Assembly (NCBI RefSeq): GCF_004010195.1
Contig: NC_057734.1
Coordinates: 13,755,741 to 13,819,740 of the forward strand
Direction: 5' to 3'
DNA: 64,000 nt
Source: Chiloscyllium plagiosum
Lineage: Eukaryota
The position numbers and the translations under genes are program-made. The notes below the pieces were generated by a model. It was not told the origin of the DNA and did no database searches. It was given only the letters and a program-made list of their open reading frames with translations. Below, piece after piece: positions 36,296 through 48,519 of this stretch (the stretch's first letter is position 1; the number at the start of each line of letters is the position of its first letter).

Positions 36296-39200
36296 TTTAA
36301 TCTGAATTGCTGGTGCATGTAAGTGGTCACAATTTTGAAATGCATAAATATTTATTTATTGCTCTCATGCATGGTCTGCTGTGTGGATGAGTCTTAAACC
36401 CTTGTATATTTTCTCGGCAACAGGCCTATAATTTTTGTTTGATCCTACGTGTGGACTTAAGGTGAGTGTACCCCTGAATATGTCTGTCTTAATCAGTAAA
36501 TTGAGATCAACTCCAAATTCAAAAATGGTTCTGCATTTATTAGCTGCAAGTTCCACTCCTGAACATAAATTTATTAGCTGATAAGTGAGGGAATCAATTT
36601 AAACATTAAGTATAGACCTAACCATACATTTTATTTTTCAAAACATCATCTTTTAAGTTAGATCAACTTACGTGCTATGATCTTCGGTAAGTAGTTGATA
36701 TTTCTCGTTTTCTAATTATAAAAACATAATTTTCTTGGGAGTGTGATAACATATTGGTGCCTTAATTAAATAATTGACTAAATGAAGTCATTAGGCAAAA
36801 TGATCAATGCTAAACAAATGAAATGTAAGTCTTTAAAACTTGTTGACTTGTTTAAAATGGTCTGCAGCAGACAGATATTAATTGAGATCTACGATCTATG
36901 TCCATTGAGGCTTAGTGGTTGTAAAACTTGCTTAGTATCTTTGATACCAAGTTCTGGCAAATGTAATTTATTTATCAACCCCTTTATGAATTATTGCAGT
37001 GAGTTTGTTCTTAATCTTGGCTGTAAATGGATTTCTCAGTGTTGTATGGCTGATCACTTGAAATTAGTCTATATATTTTCTCGGCTGTGCTTAAATAAAA
37101 ACTATAATACAGTTGCACAAAATTAATATTTAATAAGGTGATGTAATAAAAATGAAACCTGAATTAGTCACCAGAAAAAAAGCTGTTCTTCTAAAAGGCC
37201 ATTGTTGAAACAGAACATAAAACAATAGCCATCAATGCTTCAGAAAATGCCAGGTTTAATGTTTTCCTTTGAAACGCTGTCCTACTGAATACTGTCATAT
37301 GAATTAATCACATTAAGAACAAGAAGTGTCTTTTAAAATTTGTATTGTGTAAAATTATCTAATAATTTCATTATAGCAATGATGTATTTTCATAATTATC
37401 CTTTATTTGGAGGTCTATGCCTTTTTAAAATTCAGAACTGGTTCTGTTACAACATTTGTCACTATATTCCATGTACAATTACTGCAAACTCTACAACAGT
37501 CATTCTGATTGGGTCCTCCCCAAAGAGTTTCACTCATAACAATGTTGATCAAGGCACATCTGTAGCAACTGCGGCTGATGACAGCTCAGTTATCTTTGCT
37601 ATAAGAAACAGTTGGGAAAATGATTGGAAATTTTGATTGTCTCCGATGGCACTGACAGTTGTTTACGTTAGAATTTTGTCTGATGATGTTTTCTGAGACA
37701 ACCCTGCAAGAAAAACAGGATATCGGTTAACCATCAGATTTCTGAATTTGGTCCTTCTAGCTGTTGTGTAATTCTGACATTTTTATACGATTAAATGCTA
37801 TTTTGGGGAAAAACACCTTTTCTAATGTTTTCTAGCACAAATTGGATGATGTTGATGAATCAAATTTTCCAAGCAGATACTAACAACTCTGAAATTTTGA
37901 AACAATACTTACAATAACTCAAAGTGGATATATTTTTAATAAGTCTCAAGATCCTAGAAAGGGGCTGCAAATTAGTTTAATTGGAGTGAGTAAGGAAGAT
38001 GCTTGCTATAAATTATTAATATGTATGTATGATGGCATGATAATACACATGTCCAGGCTGATTCTTGACTCTACTGTCCAAAACTCAAGCAACCCTTGTG
38101 AACAATTCCACTTGCTGGTATTTTCAATAATGCTGTGATTAAATGCTTTTTTTCAGTTTTACATAATGTTTGCTTTCTAGTTTGTACCTCTGAGACATAA
38201 ATTCATTTTTCAAATTTCTCATGGTGTTTTAACTTAAATCGTAGTCAAGTCAGTTCTCTTCTGCAGCTCTGTTTAAAAAAAAATTGTTAAAAGATTTTTT
38301 GCCTCAAATTCTGCAACTCTGTGAAGTAATTTTTTGTTGAAACATTTCCATGCTGTACATCTCTATGACTCTAAATGCTCACCTTTGCCTCAAACATACT
38401 TTATTTCATAATGTTGTCCATTTTTTCCAAATACTTTATTTTGCCTGACTATAATTTATGTTACTGATTGCTTGTCATGGTAAATTGAATTTAAACAAAT
38501 TGATATTGAAATTCATCTTCATAGGTCCCAGTTGTTTACATAAAAAGTGATATTTTACATATGATGTAATCCAACAATTATGTACTCTGTTCCAACCCCA
38601 AGAAACCTGACCATGGACTCAACACTGTTCCAGCTGCTGAGGGTTGTTCATTTTACAGCCGAGATCTTAAATTGCAGTTTTCCTTTTAATGCAGTTGTAG
38701 CATTACTTAGGCATTCTGTCAGGATTCAGGATGACCTCCTCCACTTCTGTGTTTTGCGTCCGGAAGTGACTAAATCATCCAATACTGGATCTATAAACCC
38801 TGCCTTGAGTGGGAAGGTGATGTTAGCTGAAACAAATGGGTGGGATGCTCTGGTTCTTCCATGATCCTCCTGTTTGCACTTGACCCAGCTCTGGGCCTAT
38901 CAGAGATGCTTAAAATGGATGTCTCCTTCTTGGATGCAGCTTTTCCAAATTGCCCACTTTTGGATGAGAAATTCTCATAATTGCATTTTTCTAGGAGGAT
39001 TTGAGGATGTCTTCAAAGCATTTCCTCTGCCATCCTGGAGGCCCTCTTCTGTAATGAAGCTTGGAGCAGAGAGCTGATTTGAAAATCTCATGTCAAGCAT
39101 GTGCTTGGTCTCAATGCAGCTGAGTATCTGTAATCAGTACCTTAATACAGAGATATTGGTGTGAGGGAGGACACTGACGTTAAAGTATATATCCTGCTAG

Positions 39201-39779
39201 TGGATTTGCAGGGTTTTGCACAGGTGCTGCTGCTAATATTTCTCTAGAATTTAATGTGTCTGCTGTATATTGTCCATGTCTCCAATGCATATGGGAGAGC
39301 TGGTAACACTGCTATCCTGATGACGTGTTTGGTATTGGATTTGATCGTACATTTGAAATATTTGTCATCAATCACACTTTTTTTCCTCTGACTGAGGTTG
39401 CGTTTGCACACTGGATGTGATGTTGAACCTCATGGTTGATGTTGGCCTGTGCTGATAGAAGGCTCTGAAGGTATAGGAACTGATCCACATTGTCCAGTGG
39501 TCGCCATGGATCATAATAGTCGGGCACTGTTACGGATGGAAAAAGGACCTTTGATCTCAATGTTCAGCTTGAGGCTCATTATTTTACATGCCTCCTGTGA
39601 TTGCATCAATAGTAGTTTAAAGCTTCGCTTTTGAATGTGTGCTCGAGCAAACGTCATCTAAACTACAGATCAACAATAAGTTGGGTAGTCTTGGTTCTGG
39701 ACTGGAGGTGACACAGATTGAACAGTTAGGAGCAAATTACTGCAGATGCTGGAATCTGTACTGAAAACAACAAATGCTG

Positions 39780-40495
39780 GATGTAAGTTTGCTCGCTGAG
39801 CCAGAAGGTTCATTTTCAGATGTTTCATCACCATACTAGGTAACATCAGTGAGCCAAAAGTGAAGCACTGGAGTTAGTGACCCTTTTTCTATTTAAGTGT
39901 TAGTTTTCCTTGTGTTGGTGATGTCATTTCCAGCTGTGAGGTCATTTACCATTCTTTTTCTCAGAGGGTGGTAAATGGGTCCAAGCCAATGTGTTAAAGT
40001 TCTGGTTGGAATGCCTTGTTTGAGGAATTCTTGTGCATGTCTCTGTTTGGCTTGTCCTAGGATGGATGTGTTCTCCCAATCGAAGTGGTGTCCTTCCTCA
40101 TCTGTATGTAAGGATACTAGTGAGAGTGGGTCATGTCTTTTTGTGGCTAGTTGATGTTTATGTATCCTAGTGGCTAGTTTTCCGCCTGTTTGTCCAATGT
40201 AGTGTTTATAAAAGTTCTTGCAAGAGAATTCCTCAAAGCATGGCATTCCAACTGGAACTCTAATACCTTGACTTGGACCCCATTTACCACTCTGAGAAAA
40301 AGAATGGGAAATGACATCACAGGAAATTACTTAAATAACTTGAGGAAAACTAAACACAAATAGAAAGCCAGTCACTAACACCGGTGCTTCACACCTAGCA
40401 TGGTGACGAAACATCTGAAAAAGAACCTACCAGCTCAGCGAGCAAACTTACATCTAGAACCTCAACCTGGGCTACAAATCTTCTCAAAACTTGTT
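39780..40495 (-). mobile_element. Second Poseidon-type PLE fragment (GIY-YIG) with inverted arm
   Basis: HYIGQTGGKLATRIHKHQLATKRHD; inverted arm ~40222-40495; TSD AACAACAAATGCTG at 39766-39779 and 40496-40509. Confidence 0.85.
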
Positions 40496-40765
40496 AACAA
40501 CAAATGCTGAAGATTTATCTAGACTCAATACATTAGCTTGCTATCTCTCAGTGGGTGTTGTCTGACAGGTTGAACAGTTTCCCATTTGTCTTATCGAGAA
40601 TTTCCACTCCAGCAGAAAGTCTAATTGATTGATTTAGGGTGAAATGTTCTTTCAGAGAAGGTGCCAAGACAAATGTTCATGTGGTGACAAAACCTTGCTT
40701 GACCCCAGGTTGCACAAGTATCAGTCTGTGGTGGATCTATTGATGAGATTTCATGGATTGCAAGC

Positions 40766-41070
40766 TAGATTAGATTAGATTAGATTATTTACAGTGTGGA
40801 AACAGGCCCTTCGGCCCAACAAGTCCACACCGACCCGCCGAAGCGTATACCACCCAGAGCCATACTCCTACGTTTACCCCTTCACCTAGCATGGCCAATT
40901 CACCTAACCTGCACATTTTTGGATTGTGGGAGGAAACAGTAGCACCCGGAGGAAACCCACGCAGCCACTGGGAGAATGTGCAAACTCCACACAGAGAGTC
41001 GCCTGAGGCGGGAGTTGAACCCGGGTCTCTGGCACTGTGAGGCAGCAGTGCTAACCACTGTGCCACCGTG
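40766..41070 (-). mobile_element. HE1-type V-SINE, near full length
   Basis: Head CACGGTGGCACAGTGGTTAGCACTGC with A/B boxes, V-domain, (TTAGA)n tail. Confidence 0.9.
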
Positions 41071-42129
41071 CAGGCAGGGGATAAAGAATTTCTGTCAACA
41101 ACAAAATTTGAGGAGGAAGCTCAACTGTCCCACTCCTTCAACATTGTCAAAGGCCATGTATAGAGACTGTATACATATGGTATGTTCATCTCGCTGACCT
41201 CATCACAATCGAACTGGTTATTACAGAATTATCTCTGTTGTACAGCACAGGAATGGTCATTGTAAAACTTGCCGCAGTGGTTTAAGAGCTCCTCCTGGAG
41301 TCCCAATTTAGATTTTGTCTATCAAGTGGCACAGTGAATGTGATCTTCACGGACAAATCCAAAATTTGCCTTAACTCAACATCAATTCTGGAAATCTGAA
41401 ATATAAACAAAATGCAAGAATTAATTAGGTCACGCAGAAACGCCTTGTAATATCTAAGGTCAATGATTTAAAGATTGCTGAAAAGCTTTTTTATACGAAC
41501 ATCTTGCCTGACCTGAATGTTTGCAATATTTTCTGTTTTTGTCTGATCAATATACTTGTGGAGAGTAAGAGGCATCTGGGTGCGGAAAGTGATATAATTG
41601 AGTGAAAACTGGAAGAAAAGTTTCTCTGTTTAAAATGGAAACCAGCAAAGATTATGGAGAAAAAAGGGTGGTTAGGCAGGATTGAGTGACTGCTATTATA
41701 CTGACATTAAGGATGAGAATAGCAAAAAGGAGAGTTGAAGATAAGATCACAATCTCTAATTGGATGTGATGGTGTGCAGGAAAAGTATGTCGGAATACAG
41801 TAAATTGATAGATCAGGGGAGTGGCTAGGAACAGTAACTTGGAAATTCTAAATATAGAACATGATTTGAGGAAATGGGAATATTAGGGATAGAACAGTGA
41901 ATCTTACCATTATGTTTTCTCCTGCCACTGACATCTCAATTGTGAAGGGATCGAGAATGAGAGGGCACGGATTTCAAATAATTGATTATAAAGACACAAA
42001 AGTGACTGTGAAGGAAAACTTGGACGCAGTTCATGGTTAAGATTTGGACCGCACTGACGAAGACAATTTTGAGGTCAGGTGAAGCGTTGCAAATTATCCT
42101 CTTTTAAAAGAGGATATGTAGAGTTGGCA

Positions 42130-42900
42130 GGCGGAGGTGAGAGAATGGCATGTTCAGAGAGCTGGCACAGACATGAGGGGCCGTATGGCCGCCGCCGCAG
42201 CGTCCACGAGAGATGCTGTGGCGCAGGCGTGGTGCGGGTGGAGGCTGGGTTAGTCTCGCGCTTGCGCGGTCGAGCTGGTGGCTGCAGTTACTTTTCAAAG
42301 AGTCTCTTGCTGGCGTTGGATGCGGTTGTTGGAAGGAGCTTGAGGGAAAGCGCTGAGGTAACTGGGGCCTGGAAACGAAAGACGGGGCTGGATCGGACCG
42401 GATCGGATCGGATCAGGCCAGGTCAGGCCGCGCGGCCAGGCGGGCGGTTGACTGAAGCACCGAAACCGGGCCCGACGACGAGCTTTGAAGGGTGACGGTT
42501 TGGCGAGGAGCGGCCGTGTTTTCAGAAGGAAAAGGAGTGGGAGGAAGACGTTCGTTAATAAGTGAACGATAAATGTGTCTAGGAAATTTTATGCACGGGG
42601 AGAGAGAGGGGAACGAAAAAGGCCCGAGACTTGTAGCGTGAACCGAGGGGGTGGCCCTGAGAAACCCGGGGCGCTGTGTTCGCGGAGAAGGGAAGGCGCC
42701 ATGGCTGGTACCAATTACAATTGCCTTAACCGAGCTCAACTGACCTTCGAATACCTACACACCAACTCGTGAGTATCCAGATAGGGTGAGAAAATCGTGT
42801 CTGCGTCGGGGCGAACGTTTTCGGTATCACATGGATTTTGTTTCGAAAGTCTATCCTAATATGTAAACGTTTCCTTAAACCTGTCACTTGAATTCGCGTT
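42130..42900 (+). promoter_or_regulatory. CpG island / promoter and 5' UTR of MORC2
   Basis: High GC and CpG density around the MORC2 ATG; NRF1-like GCGCAGGCG, TCTCGCG, GC boxes; short (GGATC)n repeat ~42390-42415. Confidence 0.8.
42701..42768 (+). CDS. MORC2: MORC family CW-type zinc finger 2 (GHKL ATPase), coding exon 1
   Basis: GCGCCATGG Kozak; [23 protein letters not shown] matches the MORC2 N-terminus ([23 protein letters not shown]); donor TC|GTGAGT. Confidence 0.95.
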
Positions 42901-45267
42901 TTATTAATGTCTGTGTGTGTTCTGAAGTGTTTATTCTTTTTAAAACGCAAAAATATCCTTAATCTGGTAGCGGTAGACGAATGTGCATATGCCTTCAGAT
43001 TAAAATATGCAATGTAGGTGCGGATTTATTCGAGCTCATCAAAATAGAGGCCAGTTTGTGTCGAGGCAGGATCTGTTGGCAAGGTGGGACAACATCAACT
43101 TGTTAATGAAGCTCTTTTGACTAATATAAAAATTGCTAAAGATATTTATACTTTAACACAAATTGCAATGTGAAGTAGCCAACAGTCCTAGAAGGACTCG
43201 GCTTGTTGTGTAGCATAATCCGTTTGAAAATGCATTTGATTAACCACATTTTGTTAAAAGGAGAAGAATGTTTAAATTATTTGGGAGGTTTCTCCACACA
43301 AGGCCACCTACTTTTCTAGTCTTTACTCCATTTTGCATTTAGGTTCATGCTCCTTTATCATTTGTTTAGTTTAATTTCTTTATGGCATTTAAAAAATTTT
43401 TTTTTGTGGAATGGATGCTTTAAAGTAGTGGATGTACTTTGCAGTTTTTCAACCTAAGAAACTGGCTTGTGTTCTTCTATATCAGGCTGAATTCTGGGAT
43501 GGCAGGACTAGCACATAGACTAGATCACTGAGGACAATATTCACTAGAGTTTAGAAGAATGACAAGAAATTTTGCCATGTAAAATTCATACAGGGTGGAT
43601 GTGGGAATGATGATCTCAATGATAAGGGAATCATTAACCGTCACAGTCTAAGGATATGGGGTTTACCTTTTAGGATGGAGTTGAGTAATTTCTTCACCAG
43701 GAGAATGGTGAGTTGTTGGAATTTTCTACTGCAGGAAATTGTTGATGCCAAAATATTGAAGAATTCCAAGTAAGATGTTGATACAGTTCGTAGGACTAAA
43801 GGGATCAAAGGATGCAGATAGAAAGACTAAACAGGGTACTGAGCTGCATGAACAGACATGGTCATATTGATTGGCAGAGTAGGTTTGAATGGTCGACTGC
43901 TTTATGGTGCTATGTATGCTTAGATTTTACACTAGATGGAAATCCAGTTTTTGTTTTTGCTGGTTAAGTGATAGTTGCACGCTTGTAACAAGTCATGAAA
44001 TTTCCTCCATGGCTAATCTGTAAGGTAGATTACTTGGAACATTCCAGATCAATCAAAATATTTTGCATTTAGCTTAATTCTTCTGGATGTACATTCATAT
44101 CATAAAGGTAGCGGTGATGTGATCAGATTAGAAGATTTAAAGTTGTTTAGAGGTTGTACCTTTGGAATGGGTAACAGCTGCTAAGCAAGTGTGACAGTGC
44201 AGATCATTTTTCAGTGTTCTGTCTTTCGCATACAACTGCAGGCAAACATTGAGGAGGAACTTAAACATAACAAGGAATGGCATGAGAAGTAGACCATACA
44301 GTCCATCAAGCTTCTGCTATACCATTCAAAACAATTGTAACAGATTTATCACAGCAATTCCACTTTTACTCCCATATCCGAGACATCTAACATCTGTCTA
44401 CCTGTAGCTCAAATAAAACATTCACATTCCCTTTAGTAGAGAATTTCAAGAGTGCGCAGTCTTTTGAGTGAAGATATTTCTCCTGTCTGAGTACCAAAAG
44501 AGCATCTCTTTTATCCTGAGAGAATGTCTACCGTGTTCTAGATTCCTTTAGCAGCAGAAACAACCTCTGTGTCAAACCTCTTCAGAATCTTGTGTGTTTT
44601 GGTGAAATCACCTTGAATTCTTGTAAGCTCCAGAGGCTATAATCCTGGTTTACTCAGCCTCTCATTGTTGGACAGCCCTGGTTGAAATACAATATTGCAA
44701 AGGGCATCAAGACAAGCCAGGTCTTGTCTTTGGCAGGAGTTAAGAGTACTTTCCAAAACACAGTCAAATAACATTCAGGTGTAGAAGTATTTTTACTCCT
44801 CATCTGAAGCACTGGGTTACCCAAAGCATCCATCCCAATGCATTTGGGACCTCCTCCCGAATTAATGAATATTATCATATGCAACAGATTAGTGTCTAAG
44901 TTTTTATTGGACTTTAAGTAGCTGGTTCCGCAAGTCATAGGGATATCAGCTGGTGTAATCATAGTTACTGTGTTCAGTCTTTGTCATGTATGGATCTAAT
45001 TCTTGGACTTGTCAAATTTAGGTTTCACGTCGCGGCCCAAACATTTTTCAGGTTGGGATAAAAGCAACTGAAAATTTTAAATATTGATGAATCTAAAGAA
45101 TGGCAGTATTACAGAATTAAATATTGATATGAGATCTATTGAAGTTCCTTTGGGTTAAGATTATTCCATCTACTGCTTGCTTCCAAGCCTGGTTAAATAT
45201 TGGTACCAGGCATCCTAACCCCTCTCTCTTTAATGCAGGAGACTCCAGTAATCATCCTATGGGAATA

Positions 45268-45471
45268 TTTGAAGAGAAAATGAGGTCTGCAGATGCTGGA
45301 GATCAGAGATGGAAATGTGTTGCTGGAGAAGCGCAGCAGGTCAGGCAGCATCTAGGGAACAGGAGAATCGACGTTTCGGGCATTCCTGAAGAAGGGCTAA
45401 TGCCCGAAACGTCGATTCTCCTGTTCCCTAGATGCTGCCTGACCTGCTGCGCTTCTCCAGCAACACATTTC
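45268..45471. mobile_element. Non-autonomous palindromic mini-PLE with hammerhead motif
   Basis: Perfect 77-bp inverted arms (45308-45384, 45399-45475); CTGAAGA-AGGGCTAATGCCC-GAAACGTC at 45386-45413; TSD CATCCTATGGGAATA at 45253-45267 and 45472-45486. Confidence 0.9.
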
Positions 45472-47070
45472 CATCCTATGGGAATACACCATCTAGGAGA
45501 GATGTTTGTTTAGTGACTAAGTTATGAACTTTTATTACATTGTTCTTGATCACTTACCTTATAGCTCTACTCTCTGCTTGACCAGAAAGTTCCTTTGTCA
45601 GTTTATTTCCATTGTGAGGGTTTCTGTTGAAATGCAGGTAATCAAGAGTACAATATGTAGGGCGAAGAGGACATGGAATTGTCACAAGTGGAGTATTGTT
45701 GTTTGGAGCTAAGGAAATGAAAATTGAGATTAATATCAAGATATTTCATGTAGATCCTTCCAAGACAGAAAGTTATAACTAGTTTTCTGATAGATATCAG
45801 CAAATGTTGATGGTAGACTATTTATTGTCGAGGAGTAACTGATTAATTAAACTATAAAGATTCCAGTATGCCAAGGCACATCCATTGGACTTTGATCTCA
45901 TAATGAAGAAGCTTCTGCTTTGAACTTTTTTTGTCAGCAGTTTGTTTCTAACATACATGTATGTGTAATAAGGTACAGTAAGTACCTTTTTAATTTCTAT
46001 TATGTTGACAGCCCATTAATTTTTATTGCAGAATTCAGTTTTTTGCCAACTAATTTGTCCTGCTACTACATGTTTCTTTACATTGCCACTGAGTATAAGG
46101 AGTAAACTCAGTTGTGAATTATATTGAATTTTAGGCTAGATGGGAGAACTGAATTTTCGTGGGCCCTCTAGGCAAAAGACTTGATCTGATATGGGTTGAA
46201 AATGTGTGGGGCATAATCAAATACAGCATAACTGATTGGAAGAAAAAAAATTGAGAGTAAAGCTAAATGCACTGAGGGTGAAGAGAAGAGAACCCTCTTG
46301 ACTGCACAGAATATGGAATTATTTTGAGGTGGTGGTTGAACTACATGGAACTCAAAATTAAGTGTCCACTATCAGTTATGGTGTAAATTAAATGCATTTG
46401 CTTTTGGAAGGCTTAATGCCATATTTCTTGTCCAGCACACGCCAGCACTTATTGGGGGGAAGGAATGCCATCCTTTTGGGATGAGTACCCTGGTTATCAC
46501 CTGTTGGACTTGTGTTCATCTGTTTCACAACTCTGATCTCTCCAGTCAGGCTTTCATCACATCCACAGCAACAAAATGGCCATGACCCAAGTAGCAAATA
46601 ATATTCTGTATCTGTTGTGCTTTATTCCTTCTTGTTTTTGGTGGGTAGATGACATTGGCAAAGTTCTGTTTATTGTTTGTTCAGTTGTCGCTGAGAAGTT
46701 GCTAGGGCCTCTTAATTAATTTAGCCTCATTATATGTGGTTACGGGCTGCATTTGGGCCCTATTAAGTAGGAATGGAAAGCTTTTTGCCTAAACGATGTA
46801 AAGTATTTGGATTGTTGCGACAATCATTGTTTTATTTTCTTGGTATAAGATCATGTATCATTCTTAATTTGCCCTATTGAGATTTAAACTTGTGTCTAGT
46901 CCAAACGTACAGTGACTAAATAGCACCCTGTTTCATTGCGCCAATCATAAGTGTCTCATTTCTGTCCAATTTCAGACATTTTCTAATTGATCTGTTCATA
47001 TCATTGCACACTTCTGGACCAGGTGGGACTTGATCCTGGGCTTACTGATTCAGATATAGGGCCATTACCA

Positions 47071-47197
47071 CGTTCCTGGTGAAGAGCTTATGTTCAACAT
47101 CGACTGTCCTGCTCCTTGGATGCTGCCTGACTGGCTGTGCTTTTCCAGCACCACACATTTTGACTGATCTCCAGCATCTGCAGTTCTCATGTTTTCC
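47071..47197 (+). mobile_element. Single-arm PLE 3' terminus
   Basis: GATGCTGCCTGAC..GCTTTTCCAGC..CCAGCATCTGCAG; flanking CCATTACCA repeat at 47062-47070 and 47198-47206. Similar single arms at ~22225-22335, ~52290-52390 and ~60330-60455. Confidence 0.7.
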
Positions 47198-48519
47198 CCA
47201 TTACCATCATGCATAAGAGCCCTCGTTGTCCAGCTCCATCTCACAGGTGCAGGTGAAATCATACTAGGACTATCTAGTTATCTAAATCACCTGTCTGCAC
47301 TTCCTTTTCTTCATACACTGTGCCGTCCTCTCTGGAATCCTTTTAAGTGTTGTACAGGTTGTTCAGCTATAATGCGTGTTTCATCAGCGCAAATTTAAAT
47401 ATAAAATCATGAGGGACACAAGATGAATCGCAAAGGTCTTTTCCCGAAGGTGGGGGAGTTCAAAACTAGGGGACATATTTTTAAGGTGAGGGGAGAAATA
47501 TTTAAAGAGGACATGAGGGGCTAGTCAAGAGGTTGGGATTCCTGTGGCAAGTAACTTGCCTCCTGTCTTCTCACAGTCTGTCTGCCATCTACAAGGTAGT
47601 TTGGGAGTGTAATGGAATACTGCACTTACCTGGATGAATGCAGCTTCCTCAACAGTCAAGAAGCTTGACACGTCCAGGGCAAAGCCATTCAGTTGACTGG
47701 CGCCCCATTCACCCTTGACTCAGTGAAAGTTCACAGCTTTTTCCAATCCCACAACCTCTACCACCTAGAGGTGGCAAGGACAGCGAACATATTATCTTTA
47801 CTATTGTGAGTACCCCTCCAAATCCCATTCAACCCTGACTTGGAACTGTGTCACCTCACCCTCTTTGTCATTAGGTTGAAGACCTGGAACCCCTTCCTAA
47901 CAACATTAGGTATACCACATGGACTGCAGTAATTCCTAACGAGTTGACTTATCACCATCACTTCAGGGATAACTGAGGATGGAACATATATTTTGACCTT
48001 GTCAGCAATGCCCACATCCCGAGAGAGAGTAAAATAAATACTGCAATGAGATTTTTTGCATGGATACAAAATGAGACCGAGGCAGTGAAGTCATGCACAT
48101 AACTGACACTTGGAAACCAAGAATTACAGATTGCAAAGATTTCATTAAGACAATTTATATTGTGCTTTATAAGATAAATATATCTTTATAATAAAGAACT
48201 AATGCTCACATCATTAGTAGCTAGTGGGTAGTTGTGTTTGTGGTTATCTAACATTGATATTTAAGCCATATCAACTATGCGAAATAGTGCTTCTCTGCAT
48301 GACTTATTAACCAAACGTCTCTTAAAACTGCTTTGAATTTCTCCCTCTTATTTCCAGCGCTACCATTGAGTATTGTATGCTGTCCGCAAGTTAATGTTTT
48401 GCTGTCTTTTGCACCATTAAAAATGGATAGGGAGTAGATAGGAATCACAGGCAAGCTAGGCACCTTGTACCTTAACCAAATGAGAGATGATAAATGTGCT
48501 GATAAACAAAATGACCGTG

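Larger units (their letters stand above)
38700..41165 (-). mobile_element. RTE-clade LINE remnant carrying nested insertions
   Basis: LDNVDQF.YL.SLLS..A.I..EVQH.IQCA motif; interrupted at 39728-40569 (flanking repeat TTGAACAGTT at 39718-39727 and 40570-40579) and by the SINE at 40766. Confidence 0.7.

Noticed and set aside
42079-42739. ORFs overlapping the CpG island (138 aa +, 108 aa -, 64 aa -, GTG extension from 42575)
   Set aside because: Expected in GC-rich DNA; no recognisable homology; the MORC2 start is the Kozak ATG at 42701
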